A stretch of 64,000 nt of DNA from Prorocentrum cordatum. Its lineage: Eukaryota. Both the position numbers and the translations under genes were made by a program. Position 1 is the first letter of the stretch. The number at the start of each line of letters is the position of its first letter. Positions 26,001 to 39,850 of the stretch are shown piece by piece. The notes under the pieces were generated by a model, which was given only the letters and a program-made list of their open reading frames with translations, did no database searches and was not told where the DNA came from. Where the stretch lies: the NCBI GenBank assembly GCA_963575745.1, contig CAUYUJ010000066.1, positions 1 through 64,000 on the forward strand, written 5' to 3'.

Positions 26001-26892
26001 CACCGTTCTCCCCTGCCTGTCTGCAACGCCTCATGGTGAGCCCCGTGCTTGTCATAGCGCAGCACACACACACAATCGGCAGGTGGTCCTTGGGGGGGCA
26101 GCCCCCCAGAGCCTGTAACCTTGCACCCAGGCGCTCATGAGGGCGGCACACATAGATCTGACTGCAAAACCCCTGCGGCACAAACACATAATCAATCCGA
26201 GAGCTCCCCGTCATCCCAAAGAAGGTTGGCTCAGGGCCCGTACCCCTGAATGTGTTCGCCGCACACATAAACTGTGTCTCCATCAGTTGACGTACCCTAG
26301 CCCCAGCTCCCGTGAGTAGCCGTTCCCTGCTCGGAATCCCCACCACCGGAGTGTTTCGCGTAACCCACGCCTGACCGTCATGCCATGTCCCAATGCCGTC
26401 ATTTAGGTCGCCATACACCACAGGCATGCATCGCACTGGTAACTCCGAGAGCACTGCCGACAGCCACTTCGTAAGGATGTCAACTGTTTTGTAGTAGTGA
26501 GCCCGTTGGGCCCTCTTCTGGGGTTGGGGCGGGTAGTACACCACAATCGCACACACGTCCACGTTGCTGTATTTAACCCGTACTCCCAGGGCCCGCCCTG
26601 GGGCCGTCGGCGGTGAAGGCCAAGTCTGCACAGCACTATTTTGCTCCACCGTGGGTCCCAACCCGATAGCACACCCGCACGAGCTGTTGGCATGTTGGGC
26701 CGTCGACGTCGGAACTTCCACCACCCACCTCCCCGCACTCCTCGTCGTCATAACAGGGTTCCCCGAATGAGTACAGTGTTGAGTTCCCCCTAGCAGAACC
26801 AAGTCGAATTTCCTCGTCTCCTGCATAATGTCCTCCAATCTATCCCGTGTGGCATGGAGGGGATCAAAGCCGAAGATGCGGAGAAACGCCAT
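22921..26892 (-). pseudogene. LINE pol: APE endonuclease, reverse transcriptase and C-terminal C2H2-like zinc fingers; several frameshifts
   Basis: APE: FDLVLLGGTQ, YGDLNDG, PTFFG..SRIDYVFV, DHLPI. RT: KRRAAPAG, QDHGFV..R, DLSNAF, GVMGDPF, LLRYADDL. Zinc fingers: CEV..CGARF..LLKHM, CIGC..AARHL, CPMC..HLLSH. Pieces lie in different frames (25984-26892, 25184-26071, 24482-25138, 24112-24603, 22921-24069). Confidence 0.88.
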
Positions 26893-28414
26893 GAGAGCAA
26901 GCATCAACCCCCGCCAGGCAAGGCGAGCGGAGGTCCTCCGCGATGGCACCCGTAAACGAAACCGTGCGGGTGTCTGGCGTGCCTCCTGGGGCGGTCCTGC
27001 CTCGGGCCTGGAGGCTGGAGGAGGGAGGAGGAGGAGGAGGAGGAGGAGGAGGAGGAGGAGGAGGAGGAGGAGGAGGAGGAGGAGGAGGAGGAGGAGGAGA
27101 AAGAGCAGGAGGAGGAGGAGGAGGAGGAGGAGGAGGATTCCGTGAGCGCCAGCCTGGCGGGCGCCACGGGGAAGACGGCCAGGCTGGGGACTGGGCGTCT
27201 GGCTGGCGACTCTTCGGCGAGCACCGTTCAAATATGCGGCCCGTGGTCATCCAACGAATGGTTTCCGAGGTAGCGGGCTCTTTCGTCAGCTGCTCAATGG
27301 TCTCCACTATTCCGCCGATGATCAGTTCATCCCTGAATATGGGTTTAGGCCGCTTTAGGCCTATAGCGAGCTTGGTAATCTTCCTTCTCCTCCTCCTCCG
27401 CCTCCTCCTCTTTCTGTTTTCTTCCCGAGCAGTCTGGAACGTGCGCGTGCAGGGAGAAACGTGCATGGTGGAGCGACAAGGGAAAGCAGTTCGTGCATCA
27501 CCCCTCCGTAAGAGGACGTCGTCGCTGCGTCAGCGCCCCCTGGTTCGTCAAGGAAAGGGAAACAGGAGAACATTGGTGGCTAACTTTTGCCTCGAACTGC
27601 ATGTGTACGAACACAAGTGGCACACATATATTCTTCATTCACCTCAGCAATTCGCCGGCATGCAGCCTGACTTTTCATCTCATTAATCCCACGCTCCTGC
27701 AGGGCATCCCTCAATGCAGCCCTGAGGCGCTTCGGGTTGGCGCGGAACACTGGACCCTATCTCCTGGGCTTGGTTGCGTACTCTGAGAACGCGTCAGAAC
27801 GCGCGAAACTAACATATTTAAATATGCAAAAAACAGCGTGCATCCAAGACCTGCGGGCTGAAAGTGTGAGAGACGGCACAACGCACAACGCACGCGGAGT
27901 ATGCACGCAAACTCTGCTGACGAGCCCAACGCGCATACACAAGATCATGATCGCGGGTGCAATGAAACACTCGTGCTGAGCACTGGAGTCGGGAGACGGG
28001 CAACGAAGGTCGCGCGGACCTTCTTTCAACACGGATGAGTACACTTGCGTCACAGCCGTGTGGACTCTCATCAGCTCAGCAGTGTGCAGCTGAAGCCACG
28101 TACTCGCCTGGTGATGGCTACGCGTAAGCACAAGCCGCGTTCCAACGGGGGCAGAAGTCTATAGCAGCACGGTGTAATGCAATTGTTGGAAGACGCCCCT
28201 CAGAGCGCAGACTTCACCTCCTGGGGTGCCTGGTGTCTGAAGGCGAACGGATCCGTCGGATGCAGCCCTCCCCCCCAAAGCGTGGGGGGTGATCAACCTA
28301 AAGACAGGAGTCGCCGGCTGGTAGAGGTTAACAATAGAAGCAAAGGAAGAACTGACAGACATATTAAGGAGAGAGGGGTGAGAATAGTCGGGGGAAATAC
28401 CTGACCGATTTTTC

Positions 28415-28454
28415 CGCCTCCTTCTCCTCCTCCTCCTCCGCTACCTCCTCCCCC

Positions 28455-28489
<35 letters not shown>

Positions 28490-28503
28490 CTCCTCCTCCT
28501 CCT

Positions 28504-28537
<34 letters not shown>

Positions 28538-28580
28538 CTCTTCCTCCTCCTCCTCCTCCTCCTCCTCCTCCTCCTCCCTT
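28415..28580. repeat. (TCC)n microsatellite
   Basis: Direct reading of the sequence. Confidence 0.9.
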
Positions 28581-31078
28581 CCCGGGTTCCACCACTGGGG
28601 AAAACCAAAAGGTACCGTTACCGCCACCCCCTGGACTTCTCCTGGGGTGCGTTGTGACCAGAACTTCGAGGCGAGTCCAGCAGTGGCGACGAGGCCCAAC
28701 AAAAGGGGAAGAGGAGGGAGGGGTAGTGCCAATGGCATCTCCCCTGCGCCCCTGCGCGGCCGCCTCACAGGCAGGGCACGCCCCCCACCAGCGCCGCGGC
28801 GCCCGCGGGGCCTCGGGAGCGCCGGCATGCCCCCGCGCCGCAGGGCAGGCCCCCGCCGGCCCCGAGGGAGGGAAGGCGGACACCCGCCCTCCGGAGGAGC
28901 AACGCTGGGCGGGGGCTCCTCGGAGCTCCAGGGCTCCCCTCCTGGAAGCTTATTGGGGCTCACGCAAGCTGAGGGCGGGCAGCCCATGAGCTTTGGGGCT
29001 CCGCCTCGAAGCGCCTCGCCGACGCGGAAACCACCAGGGCGACCGGCTCAGGGGGGGAAACATCGAGCTGGAACCGGCGATACACCGCCGATAGATCGGC
29101 GATGGGCCCCCGGGTAGCGCATCCGCGCGCTCCTGGGCGGAGAGGGCTGTCGGCCCCTATGGGTGGTGGATGTGCGATTGGGGGTTGATGCCTGCCTCGT
29201 TGAGCCTATCCTCGGCGGCGAGCGAAGGGGGGAAATGAGAAGGAGAAGGCCCTTTCAAAGGCGGCGGGGCTTCTCAGAAGCCCCCGGCCTTCTGAGACAT
29301 TTTCTGTGTCTTCGGGCAAGGCTTAGAACACTTCTCAGACGGCTGGGGGACTTCCGAGCCCTCCGAGACGGCCCGCCCCCTCTCACTTGCCCCCCCCCCC
29401 AAGCGCGCCGCCGACATCACTCCCCCTATCGTTGCCCCTGACCTCCCGGTGGGGCGGGGGCCAGGGCTCGAGGCTCAAGACGTGGCGAGGCCCGCACGCG
29501 GGGGCCAGGTCCCAGCGAGGAAAGCGAGGACGAGCCTGGCGAGACGACGGCACGACGCCGCCGGCGCCTGCCGCGGGGCCTGGGCACGAGGGAGGGCCAT
29601 CCTGCGAGGCTCGGTGGGGGCTCCGCTGGAAGTGCTGGCTGAGCAGCTCCCGGTCGGGCGAAGGTGCAGCGAGGATGGGCAGGAGAGGCGCTCCCAGCCC
29701 ATCCCCTGTGCGGGCACAGGCGTCCCCCGCACCTCTGGGAAGCGGGGCAGGGGCGCGCGGTAGTGTGGGGAACCGGGAGGGATCCTTCACAATTCCACCC
29801 ACGAGATCACCACGGTAAAGCAAACTGCATCGCATTAGCCTTCTGGTAGCGGGGAGGGATGCGGGAGCCCCGCTGCATCGGGTCCCTGCATCCCGCGTTG
29901 CAGCGAGCCAGAGCAAACTGTGTTCTGATCACCAGCCACAAGGCGGAAACGACACTTGCCCCGATGGGGAAAAGGAGGATAACGCACCACCTGGAATCAA
30001 ATTCTCGACCTCACGACCCAGCTCCGCCGATGAAATGGCCACTGGAACTGTGCCTGCGGTGATCCAGGAAGTATGTCTATCGGAGCGCCGCGGGCATCGC
30101 GCGGATGGGCAACGCGGGGGAGTGGGGCGGATTGGGAGGAAGCAGAGGCGGGAGCGGGAGGAAAGGCGGAGGCGGGGCGCAGGGCCGAGCTGGTGGCTTC
30201 GTGAGCGTGCGGGGGAAGGTGGGGATTACGATCTCAGTCACGGACACGGTGACCCGGCTTCGGGACGGGACATATTGGCTGAAAGGCTCCCATAACCACC
30301 CCAACCCACAAGCAGTAAGCACCCCTACAGCATGCGGCAAACCATATAACAAACCATACTGAAAATCAAACGGGAGACAATGCGTGATAACATACCATTC
30401 GATCATACGGGGGGAAATGCAAGATAACATACGGGAAACAATACGGCAAACCATTCAACAAATCACACCGAGAATCCATGCGGGAGACGATGCAAACACC
30501 ATACGGGAGACTACGAGCCGCCGACTCTGGATCCGGCGAGGCTCGCCCCGGCCTTCGAATCATCATCTACGACCCCTGCGGACAAGCTGCTTAGAGGAAA
30601 CGTCTGTGTAAGTGTGAATGTGTGTGTGTGTGCCAATTTGCTTGCAACTTACGTTCGCACATCCCCTCGACGTACCACGCTCTGCAGACTTGACAGCGCC
30701 GGAATGAGCAACATGCGCTGTTTTGGGTCCGTCCTTGTGCTGTCTCTGGCCCCTTCGGAAAACATCATGGATCGCCTTTGTACTCTCTTGGGTCCTAAAG
30801 GACCATCTTGGTAACCTCTTGGGCCATCTTGGGCCTTTTTGGGGGCCCTCTTCGAACCACCTTGCATCGAACAGCCCGCGAAACCAAACATATAGAAGAA
30901 CCTCTGGACTTGGACGGATGTTGGCTGTCCGGGGGCCTTTCCTGCTGGATCTGAAGCCTCGTGGACGGTCCTTGCTGGCCTTGGGGTGCCCTTTCTTTGC
31001 CTGGCTCCATGTTCAGCACCTGGGCGCCCTCCTGACCTCCGCTGGCTGGACGGTTTCCCCCGGGGCCGTAGCGACCCG

Positions 31079-31371
31079 AGGAGGAGACGGCGAGGAGGGG
31101 GAGGAGGAGGAGGAGGGGGAGGGGGATGAGGAGGAGGAGGAGGAGGAGGAGGAGGAGGAGGAGGAGGAGAGGAGGATCAGGAGGAGGAGGAGGAGGAGGG
31201 GGAGGAGGCGGAGGAGGAGGAGGAGGAGGAGGAGGAGGAGGAGGAGGGGAGGAGGGAGGAGGAGAGGAGGAGGATCAGGAGGAGGAGGAGGAGGAGGAGG
31301 AGGAGGAGGAGGAGGAGGAGGAGGGAGGAGGAGGAGGAGGAGGAGGAGGAGGAGGAGGAGGAGAGAGGAGG
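31079..31371. repeat. (GGA)n microsatellite
   Basis: Direct reading of the sequence. Confidence 0.9.
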
Positions 31372-34300
31372 ACGGGTCGCCTAAGAAGCCCATCGGAGAA
31401 ACCCTCCTCCGCTGACCCTCTGGCTGGGCTCAGCAGGGACGCGAGGGAGGCCCGGAAGGCCTGCGGGGCGGACGGACGCCCAGGGACGGCGTCCTGAAGG
31501 CCGAGGGGGCTGAAGCCAACTTGTGTGTGAAATCAGTTTGTTGATCTCGCGACGTGACGTGGGTCGATGCTTTTCCCTAGCATCAAGGGGGGGACTGTAC
31601 CCCCAGCCCATGAGGGAAGAAGCCTCCAGGAGACGACCCGGTGAATGCCCCCTTATTTGCACGGCTACCTCCGGCCCGGCTCTTGCTGCGGCACCTCCGC
31701 CCCGTGAGGGGCCGACCTGCTTGGCACGCGCGCGCTCGGCACGCGCGTGTGTTGACGGCATGGCGATTCGCCTGCCCGCCGGCGCCCGAAAAGTGTGAAG
31801 GGGGGCACCTGTCCGAGGGCCCCCGCCCTGTAAAAATCCGCTGCCGAGCCCCATGGCACGCTGGGGCGTGCTAGAATGCCAGGTGCTGTCTGGAAGAGTT
31901 TTTGTAATCTTCTAAAGCCCCCCCCATCTCATCACGCTGCCCTGCATGAGCCGCACCCCACCCTTCCGAGGCCACAGTCCATAGCGAGGTGCAATCTATT
32001 CGCGCTACCGAGGACACACTCCCTCGTAACATGCGACGAATTCGCGTCCCAGAGGCCACAATCCCTCCGTCAAATACGGCGGATTCGCGCTACCGAGGCC
32101 ACAATCCGTCGTATTTTTTGTTCGACGGATTCGCGCTCCCGAGGCCAAGATGCCTCCAAGACGACCCAAGATGGCTCCAAGACGGCCCCATTTGGCCCCT
32201 CGACTGCCCAATATGGCCTCAAGATGGCCCAAGATAATCATCATCCTCATCGCGGCTCTCGCAAGCTTGGAGACACGAGAAGTGTCACACGTGACGGCCT
32301 CCCCTGTCATCTCGAACAATCACCACGCAGAATGCGAGACTTGCCGCAGGGGCAAGGAACTCTCTCTCTCTCTCTCTCTCTCCCTCTCTCTGGCCCTCTC
32401 TTTAAGCAGGACGCGGACGGGTGCTGTTGAGTGTGAGGTCAGCAGGCGGAGAGAAAAAACAAGCGATACCCTGCGTAAGTATAAAACACATCCTGAAGAC
32501 AACCACCTGGACTACAACTTGTGTCAGTTCCCTCGGCTGGCACTCAACCTGCAAACCAGTAGAGACTCAACGCTCAGGATACCAACACCTTTAAATAGCG
32601 CACATAATGCTTTAAGCCCAGCGGCTTGGAACCTGCAGCTCTAACAATAACGCTCAAGCGCCTTTGTTTTACGTGTCCTTGACTCAGTCTAGAATTCCCC
32701 GCTCATAAGCTTGAACAGCAAGCGCAAATCAAACATTCAATATCTCCACGTTTTGGTTGCGGACCTAATTACGTTGGCGCCTTTTCGCCGGCTGCGCCTT
32801 TCTTTGCTTGCGTTTGCACTTATGTGCTCTGTAGCCCGCGTCACACGGGATGGGCGCGGGGCGTCCTTGGAAAGAGGAAACCAAAGGTGGAATCGTTGCC
32901 CCTGAACGCAAGCTGACATTTGATCAGACTCGGCATGTACGCTGATACCCAGTGGCCACTTCGAACGCATCGATCATTTCCATCGAAGATTAGCTACAAT
33001 GCAATCGGACTTAAGCCAGAAAAGCAAGAACATGAGAACCTCTGCTGGCCAAACCAAACAGAACATCTAAGGGTATCCTCCCCAGGATGCACAAGACCAT
33101 CCAACAAACACGAGGAACGCTAGGGCACTCTCCCCGAACCGACCTCGATCTCACACCTCGGTCCGACTGTATAGGATATGACTGACTGTCTGGGTCACGT
33201 GCCGATCGCTCGGACAGTGTGTGCTGCATCGCCATGGAGCTCGAGGTAACCCTAAAGAAGAGAACAACTCTGATGCTACGTCTGCTTCGGGCGAGTACGG
33301 CTAATCACAAACATGTGAACAAGCCTGGGGAGCCTTCGTTGGCTGTCGCGTAGCCGGCCTCGCAAGAGGCATGCTAACGGACTGTGAAAAGTAAATGAAG
33401 ACGTGCGCGCAGTGAGGAGATGCTGAGCTACATGTATGGTGAATCCGACCGCCACGCTTCGGTTTCACACCGAGCTTCGCAGACACAGCAAAACGATGGC
33501 TTGTGTGCAGATGTCGGGCAGCGGCTGGAGACGAGGGGCGCCTGAGAACCACTCATAACACGCAGCACATGCCTGAACATAGCGCTCGACTTGCACCTCC
33601 GAGCGCTCTGACAAGCAAAACTGCAGATCAAACTTTCGCGACTGAGCTCAGGCTCGCACGGCCTTGTCGCAACCATCCGAACGGCATTGACTGACCTGGT
33701 GGGGAAAACAAGCGAGCATCCGCTACAGCCGCATTACGAAAAAAACATGGAGAAACATGCGTCCCATGACTTCGGAACACTGTTGAAGCCCTGAATCGTC
33801 TGTATCCGTTCGAGCACACGCGATCAACCAACAACAACTGTAGCCCACCTCTACTGCCTTCTTCCCCCTCTCTTCCCCCTTCCACGCAATCCCCTCTTTC
33901 TTTCCACCCCTCCGCTAGCTCCCCTCCTGCTCCCGGAACCTCAGGCGCGGTCGGCAGGTGGAGGTGCCAATTGCGAACGAACTTAATCGAACGCACCAAA
34001 ATGGAACAGCCCAGTCATGTCCGTGCAGAAGGTAGTGAAAAACGAGAGGCGCTTTAAAGCCAAACTGCAGCGGCCAAGCCCGAGGAACATGAGCTCGACG
34101 CGGGTAGTTTGAAGCGCAGGCAGCAGTCTGGTGCTCATCGGTGCCATTCAACCATCAGGGCGATGTTAGACGGTGAAGATCATGACCTGTAAAACTGCCA
34201 GACCAGCAGATCGGTGAGGTGGCGCTGGGGAAGCTATGGCTGGAACGCACACACGACTACGTAGGTTCGCATGCGAAACCTGCGGAAACCGCGCGCAGGG

Positions 34301-35157
34301 TTTGTGCGACAGGCTGGCGTGCCCAGCCACACGGATGTGCGCCCAAATATGCGCATCCAATCTCCTCCACGATGGCCACGTGATGCTGCCCGCTTCGGCC
34401 CGGAACGAAAACATGTCGCCCGTCATGGAGCTCGAAGGCAGAACAGGACGGCCCCACGACGACCAAAGACGGCCCCGAGACCGCCCAGAGGCTCCCAAGA
34501 CGGCCGAATAGGGCCCCAAGGGGGCCCCAGGAGTCTCTCGAGAGGGGATCACCGACCGAAATTTGGAGCCTTCGCCCCAGAAGGCCCACATGAGGCCCCA
34601 AGAGGCGCCCAAGCATCCCCCAAGAGGCCCTAAAGTGTCCCGCAAGAGGCCCGGGAGAGCCCCAAGAGCACTCCAACACAACCCCAAGAGGGTAATCTCA
34701 ATGATTTTCCGTTGCCGTCGCCGTCTCCGTCGTCGTCGTCATCGTCGCGTCGTCGTCGTCGTCGTTGTCGTCGTCGTCGTCGTTGTCGTCGTCGTCGTCG
34801 TCGTCGTCCCACTTCAAGGTCGGCGGCACCAGCCGTCCTTCGCAGTAAAACATATCACCTATCTTGGAAACACCTTGTGCTTCTGCCGCCTTCCACTGAA
34901 CCTCTGCCAACTTCCGCTGGCGGTGCCGCCCCCGCTTTGCTTCCGCTGGCTTCCACTGGCCCTCTGCAACCTTCCGCCGAAGACGCGATGTCAGCCCCTC
35001 GCTCCCTCGGGTTCGAGCCACCAGATGCATTCAGCTTCCTGGTTCTGCATGGTAGGGTCGAGTTTCCTGCGTGCACAGGTTGTCGATCCCCTCCTCCCCC
35101 GTCCCCGATAAAAAAAACTCGCCCATAACCGGCTCCCAGACCCCTCCCAAGGGTTAG

Positions 35158-35311
35158 GTCGGATATGTCCCCCCACAGGCGGATTTTGAACGACAAATAA
35201 AACATACTCCAACATATTCAAAACTAGTCAAAAATAGTAGAGAAATCGTCCCCAGACTATTTTTTGACGATTTTTGAATCGTTCTCCTGTAGAGAGAGGG
35301 ACATGCCCGAC
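35158..35311. mobile_element. MITE-like element, copy 1 (~154 bp, imperfect ~22-bp TIRs)
   Basis: gtcggatatgtcccccacagg ... cctgtagagagagggacatgcccgac; the AT-rich core (gactattttttgac) is homologous to 46988-47130. Confidence 0.65.
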
Positions 35312-36459
35312 TGAACCCAAAGGTCCATCTTGGACAGATCCTGGATCGATAGTGTGCTGCCCCCAGGCTCGCACGCAGTCTGCGCCCTGATGCTGCGGAA
35401 CCTTGCACAAGGCATCTGTCCTCGATCCTCGCAACTCCTCTAGAGGTCAACAAATCCACCCCCATAATGACCACTCCGACACGCGAGTTCGTTTAGTAAA
35501 CGCGCCCAAAGAAGGAATCAAGCAGGGCAAGGCTATTTAACAAACGCCCAAAGCCGACTAGTGAACGCCAATTGTCGGGTCTGGGTGGTTTTTCCTCCCT
35601 GGATCCTCCTTTCACAAACTTGGCGGCGCGCGCAAAGGGGGGTGCGCGTGGGGGGAGGCCTTCCAAAACTGCGGGGGGCTTCCGAGGAGACAAAGGCGTT
35701 CCCCCCCCTCCTCCCCCCCCTTGGGGAAACCAAGAAGTACCGATACGGCTACTCCCCAGACCTCTCCAGGGGCGCGTTCTGGCCAAGACTTCGACGCGAA
35801 TCCAGCCGTGATGACGAGGGCCTCCCAGGATGCCCAAAAGGGCGACAGCGAGGAGAGGGTACTGGCATGGGTACCTTTACCTCCTCTGACGCCTCCCCTT
35901 TGAAGGCTTGAAACTGTTCACCAACACTAATCACCGAGGTCGGGATCATCTTCCCGCGGTGGAGGCACACCGCCGATGATGGTGGTAGTGCCACCCTCCA
36001 GACCTCCGATTCCCCCCTGCGGGTGGACTTTCATGTCGTCCGCTTTCGTTTCGTCCTCATTCAATTCGCCCTCTTTTGTTTCGACCTCTGTCGACGCCCG
36101 GACAAGCTGAAACTGGCCGAACCAGAACGACCGAATCGAAGCGGACGAACCTGAGCGGACGCATCGAAACGGACGACATATGAAGCGGACGACATGAATC
36201 AAGGGCGAAATGCAGCGAACAATCCCCCCTGCGTGCGCCGCCGACGCGCGCGCTGCGCGGCTGCCTCCCATCTCGGCAGCCGCGCGGCGGGCAGCCGCGC
36301 CGCGGGCGGGGTGTGCGGCGACTCATCGCGCTCGGCGGCGGTGGCGGCCCAGCGCCGGGGAGGCGTCGGCCGCGCGGCCCGGGAGCTGGAGCGGCCCTCG
36401 CGGCCTCGGCGCAGCAGAGGCTCCGATCGGCTGGCGGCGCGCCCCAGGGAGAAGGGTGG

Positions 36460-37105
36460 TGACGACGACGACGACGACGTCGACGACGATGAGGCCGCGA
36501 ACGCCTGCCGATGCAGCGCTGGCGCTCCATCGGCAGGCGGCCGCCCGTCGCCGCCCGTCGCCGTCCGTCGACGAAGACGACGACGCCCCCTGCCCGACGG
36601 GCACGCCTTGCGTGGCGACCTCCGCTCTGGATGGGGGGCGTTTGCGGCGCGGGGGACGACGAGGACGGCAACGACGAACGACGACGACGAGGAGGACGAC
36701 GACGACGAGGACGAGGACAACAACGACGACGAGGACGATGGCGTCGACGACGACGACGACGACGAAGATGACGACGACGGCGCTCGCCTGTCGATGGAGC
36801 GCTCGCGCTGGGCGGACCCGACAGCGGCGAGGACCAGCCATCCGTCGTGCCGCGCCGCGGCGTGGCCCGGGAGTCCAAGCGCGGCACAACTCCTGCCCCG
36901 CCCCCCCTCCGTGATCCTCCGTGCACCCCTGTCGCCCCCTTCCTGCCGCCGCCGCCGCCTCCTCCGCCGCCTCCTCCTCCTAAGCCTCCTCCGCCGCCGC
37001 CGCCGCCTCCGCCGCCGCCTCCTCCGCCGCCTCCTCCTCCTCCTCCTTAGCCTCCTCAGCCTCCTCAGCCTCCTCTGCCTCCGCCTCCGCCTTCTCCTCC
37101 TCCTC
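36460..37105. repeat. (GAC)n and (CCG/CCT)n microsatellite cluster
   Basis: Direct reading of the sequence. Confidence 0.85.
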
Positions 37106-38509
37106 GGGCCGCAACGGCAGTGGTTTCGGTTCGATCATTGGGCAAGGAGCCGTCGGACTCGGAGCTCTGGTCCGTTGTCGCGCGGCCGACACACGGCCTG
37201 TCGTGCAGAAGCGCCAGGCCACTTGCGGCCCTCCGCCGTCCCCCCCTCCGCCCGCCTCGCTCCCCTTCAGCGTCCCCATTCCGTCCTATATCCCTCTCGA
37301 CATCCTTCTGCTCATCCTTCCTCAACGCTGCCATCTCCTGCGTCCTCAATCCCATCCCCATCCTTCATCCTTCCCCTACTCACCTCCGCAATACCTCCCT
37401 CGTGTTTGGCAAAACGTTCCGCCATCCAATATTCAATGTCCTCATCCCACTTCTCCCCACCTGCCTGGCAAAACAATGCACACATGAAATGACGACTTTC
37501 ATCGCCCTGCACCGCTAGCGAAATCAATGGGCCTGCAATTATCTGCGCGCATCCGGTGCCCGCTCACGCTACATTGTATTATTGATGCATGCTGCGTTGG
37601 CGAATGTCTGCGCCCGCCAATTTAGAACTGCCCGTCCTCCCTCCCTGCTCTGACCTTCGTCGGTCCTCTTCGTCGCTTTATCTTGCGATGAGTCTCAGCA
37701 TGGCCGCTTTTTGCCTGTGGCTGTAGACTTTGTGCCTAGGTTGAGGCCTTGGCCTTTCACAAATAGGAGACCAATGAGACTATTCTCATCAAATGTTCGC
37801 ATCCTTACCCGCTTTTCACCTCCTCTTTCTCTCTCTGCGTCTCTCTTTTGATATTGTTTTTTGTTGACTCTCTCTCTCTCTCTCGCTCTGTCCGTCTGTC
37901 TGTCTCTTTCTCTCATTTTCCTCTCTCTCTATGTATATATACCTCCCCCAGTGCTATAAAACATGTGTGCAGAACACTTGGGCTGGAAACCCCACCAGCC
38001 CTTTACGGCGTGAATGGTCTAACGAGCTCTTTCTGCTAACCCGCTTCTTCCCTTCAGGGAGAGGCGTCCCCCCTCCCCTCCCCGCTCCCCCTGGGTCGGG
38101 AACCCGCCCGCCCGCGAGGTGTCAGAGGGTCCTTGTTGGCACCAGGTGGTTCGAAGAGGGCTCCATAGAGCCCAAGACGACCTCCAAGATCGCTCAAGAT
38201 GTCCCAAGATACTTCAAGATAGCCTCCAACATGCCTTAACATGCCCTCAAGACCGCCCCAGGACAGTACCAAGCGCCCTGCGAGTCTTCCAAGGAGGCCC
38301 CCGGGAGGCCAACGTCCTTCAACACCCTCGTGCTGTTAATTTGTTGATTTCCCTTCTGGTCTTTTCGCTTCCGGTTAGCCCTCGAGGCCTCGAGATGACT
38401 CCAAGATTACCTGATATGTGAAGATTGTAGCTTAGGCAATGCTTTGTTTTTTGTTACAACTCAGGGTGCATAGCATGATCCGTGTGAATGCAAAGCTTAT
38501 CCAGAGAAA

Positions 38510-38690
38510 TTGTTTCAGAACTATCACGCGTTTGATTTCGTCTCGCAATCATCCTGGTCCAGAGGCGGCTTCATTCCCAAGAAGGTTCCAAGAGATGATA
38601 ACCCAGCTGACATGCTAATGGAAGTCCCAAGCTCGGCCGAGGTCAAGAAGTTCAGTGAGAAGACGTGCCTATTTCCGATCAACACCCTGG
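38510..38690 (+). pseudogene. Ty1/copia RNase H C-terminal fragment
   Basis: KKVPRDDNPADMLMEV matches the copia pol terminal motif KV.G..NPAD.LTK; no other pol domains nearby. Confidence 0.55.
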
Positions 38691-39542
38691 TCGACCCCGA
38701 GGCGGTCATACGTGCCACGGGTGGTGCGAGGAGTGCGGTTGGCAAAGTTGTGATTACAGAGCTACTGACACACACAGCTCGGGCGACCACGACGGAGACG
38801 ACGACTGAGTCCAATGGAGATGTTCTATGGACGCTTTCAGCAGTGGTGCTACACATGAGTGTAATGCAGTTTTCTATATGTTCTTTGCGTTGCAAGGGAC
38901 ATTCTGCGACGACAGTTCGAGGGACCGCACCACGCCTTTGCTCACAGTTTTTCCTGTGGATACTCAGACGGTGCCAGATCAAGCCAACGCGAAGGTATCA
39001 ACCCAAGTCTGTGTCTGCCCGTTTGGCAGGACAGATCACAAGCGCTGGTAAAATCACGTGAAGCAGAAACTACAATGCGAACGCATGTACGTCCGACAAT
39101 TTCGGCGGATGATTTTGGCTAGGTTGTGAAACACTTCCTGGGGCCGTGCTTCGGGATTGTATGCCCTCTAGCTGAAGGGAGCATGCCAATATTCAAGCCT
39201 AGGCCGTGTTATGGTATTGTACAGCTCAGAGCGCAGAACATTACATATGCGAATGCAGAGGTGATCCAGACAAACTGTTTCAAAGATATTCCTAGCTTGA
39301 GGTCGTGTCGCAATCATCTTGGCTCGAAAGAAGACGTGCCCTGATAATCGGAAATTAGTACTAGCTGGCCGCTCTGCGGTTGATCGGGAGTTTCTGTATA
39401 TAGAAGAAGGGGCGTGTGCTTGTGGGCGAGAAGAGGATGAGCGGGAGGCGGTGACATCCAGCCCTTCCCGCTCCCATGCTGAAAACCTGCTCCATCTCCT
39501 CCACATCCTCCCTGTAAATCTCGTGTGGTCCCTGGAGGTTTT

Positions 39543-39639
39543 TCCTCCTCCTCCGCCTCCACCTCCTCCTCCTCCTCCTCCTCCTCCTTGTCCTCCACCT
39601 CCTCCTTCTTCTCCTCCTCCTCCCCGCCCTCCTTCTCCT

Positions 39640-39678
<39 letters not shown>

Positions 39679-39850
39679 GCTCCTCCTCCTCCTCCTCTCC
39701 TCCTCCTCTCCTCCTCCTCCTCCTCCTCCCCGTCCTCCTCCTTCTCCTTCTCCTCCTCCTCCTCCTCCTCCGCCTCCTCTTCCTCCTCCTTCTCCTCCCC
39801 CTGCTCCTCTCCCCTCCTCCCTCCTCCTCCCCTCCTCCGTCCTCGTACGT
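39543..39850. repeat. (TCC)n microsatellite
   Basis: Direct reading of the sequence. Confidence 0.9.

Larger units (their letters stand above)
21858..27020 (-). mobile_element. Non-LTR retrotransposon (APE-RT-ZnF LINE), near full length, frameshifted, flanked on both sides by (GGA)n/(TCC)n
   Basis: APE, RT and zinc-finger motifs in LINE order; bounded by (GGA)n tracts at 21744-21857 and ~27020-27136. Confidence 0.88.

Noticed and set aside
39312..39330. Spliced-leader-like strings (catcttggctcgaaag; also gcttaag near 43930 and ggctcaag in CCAAGA repeats)
   Set aside because: Matches are too short or degenerate; the 39.3-kb one has no convincing downstream CDS.
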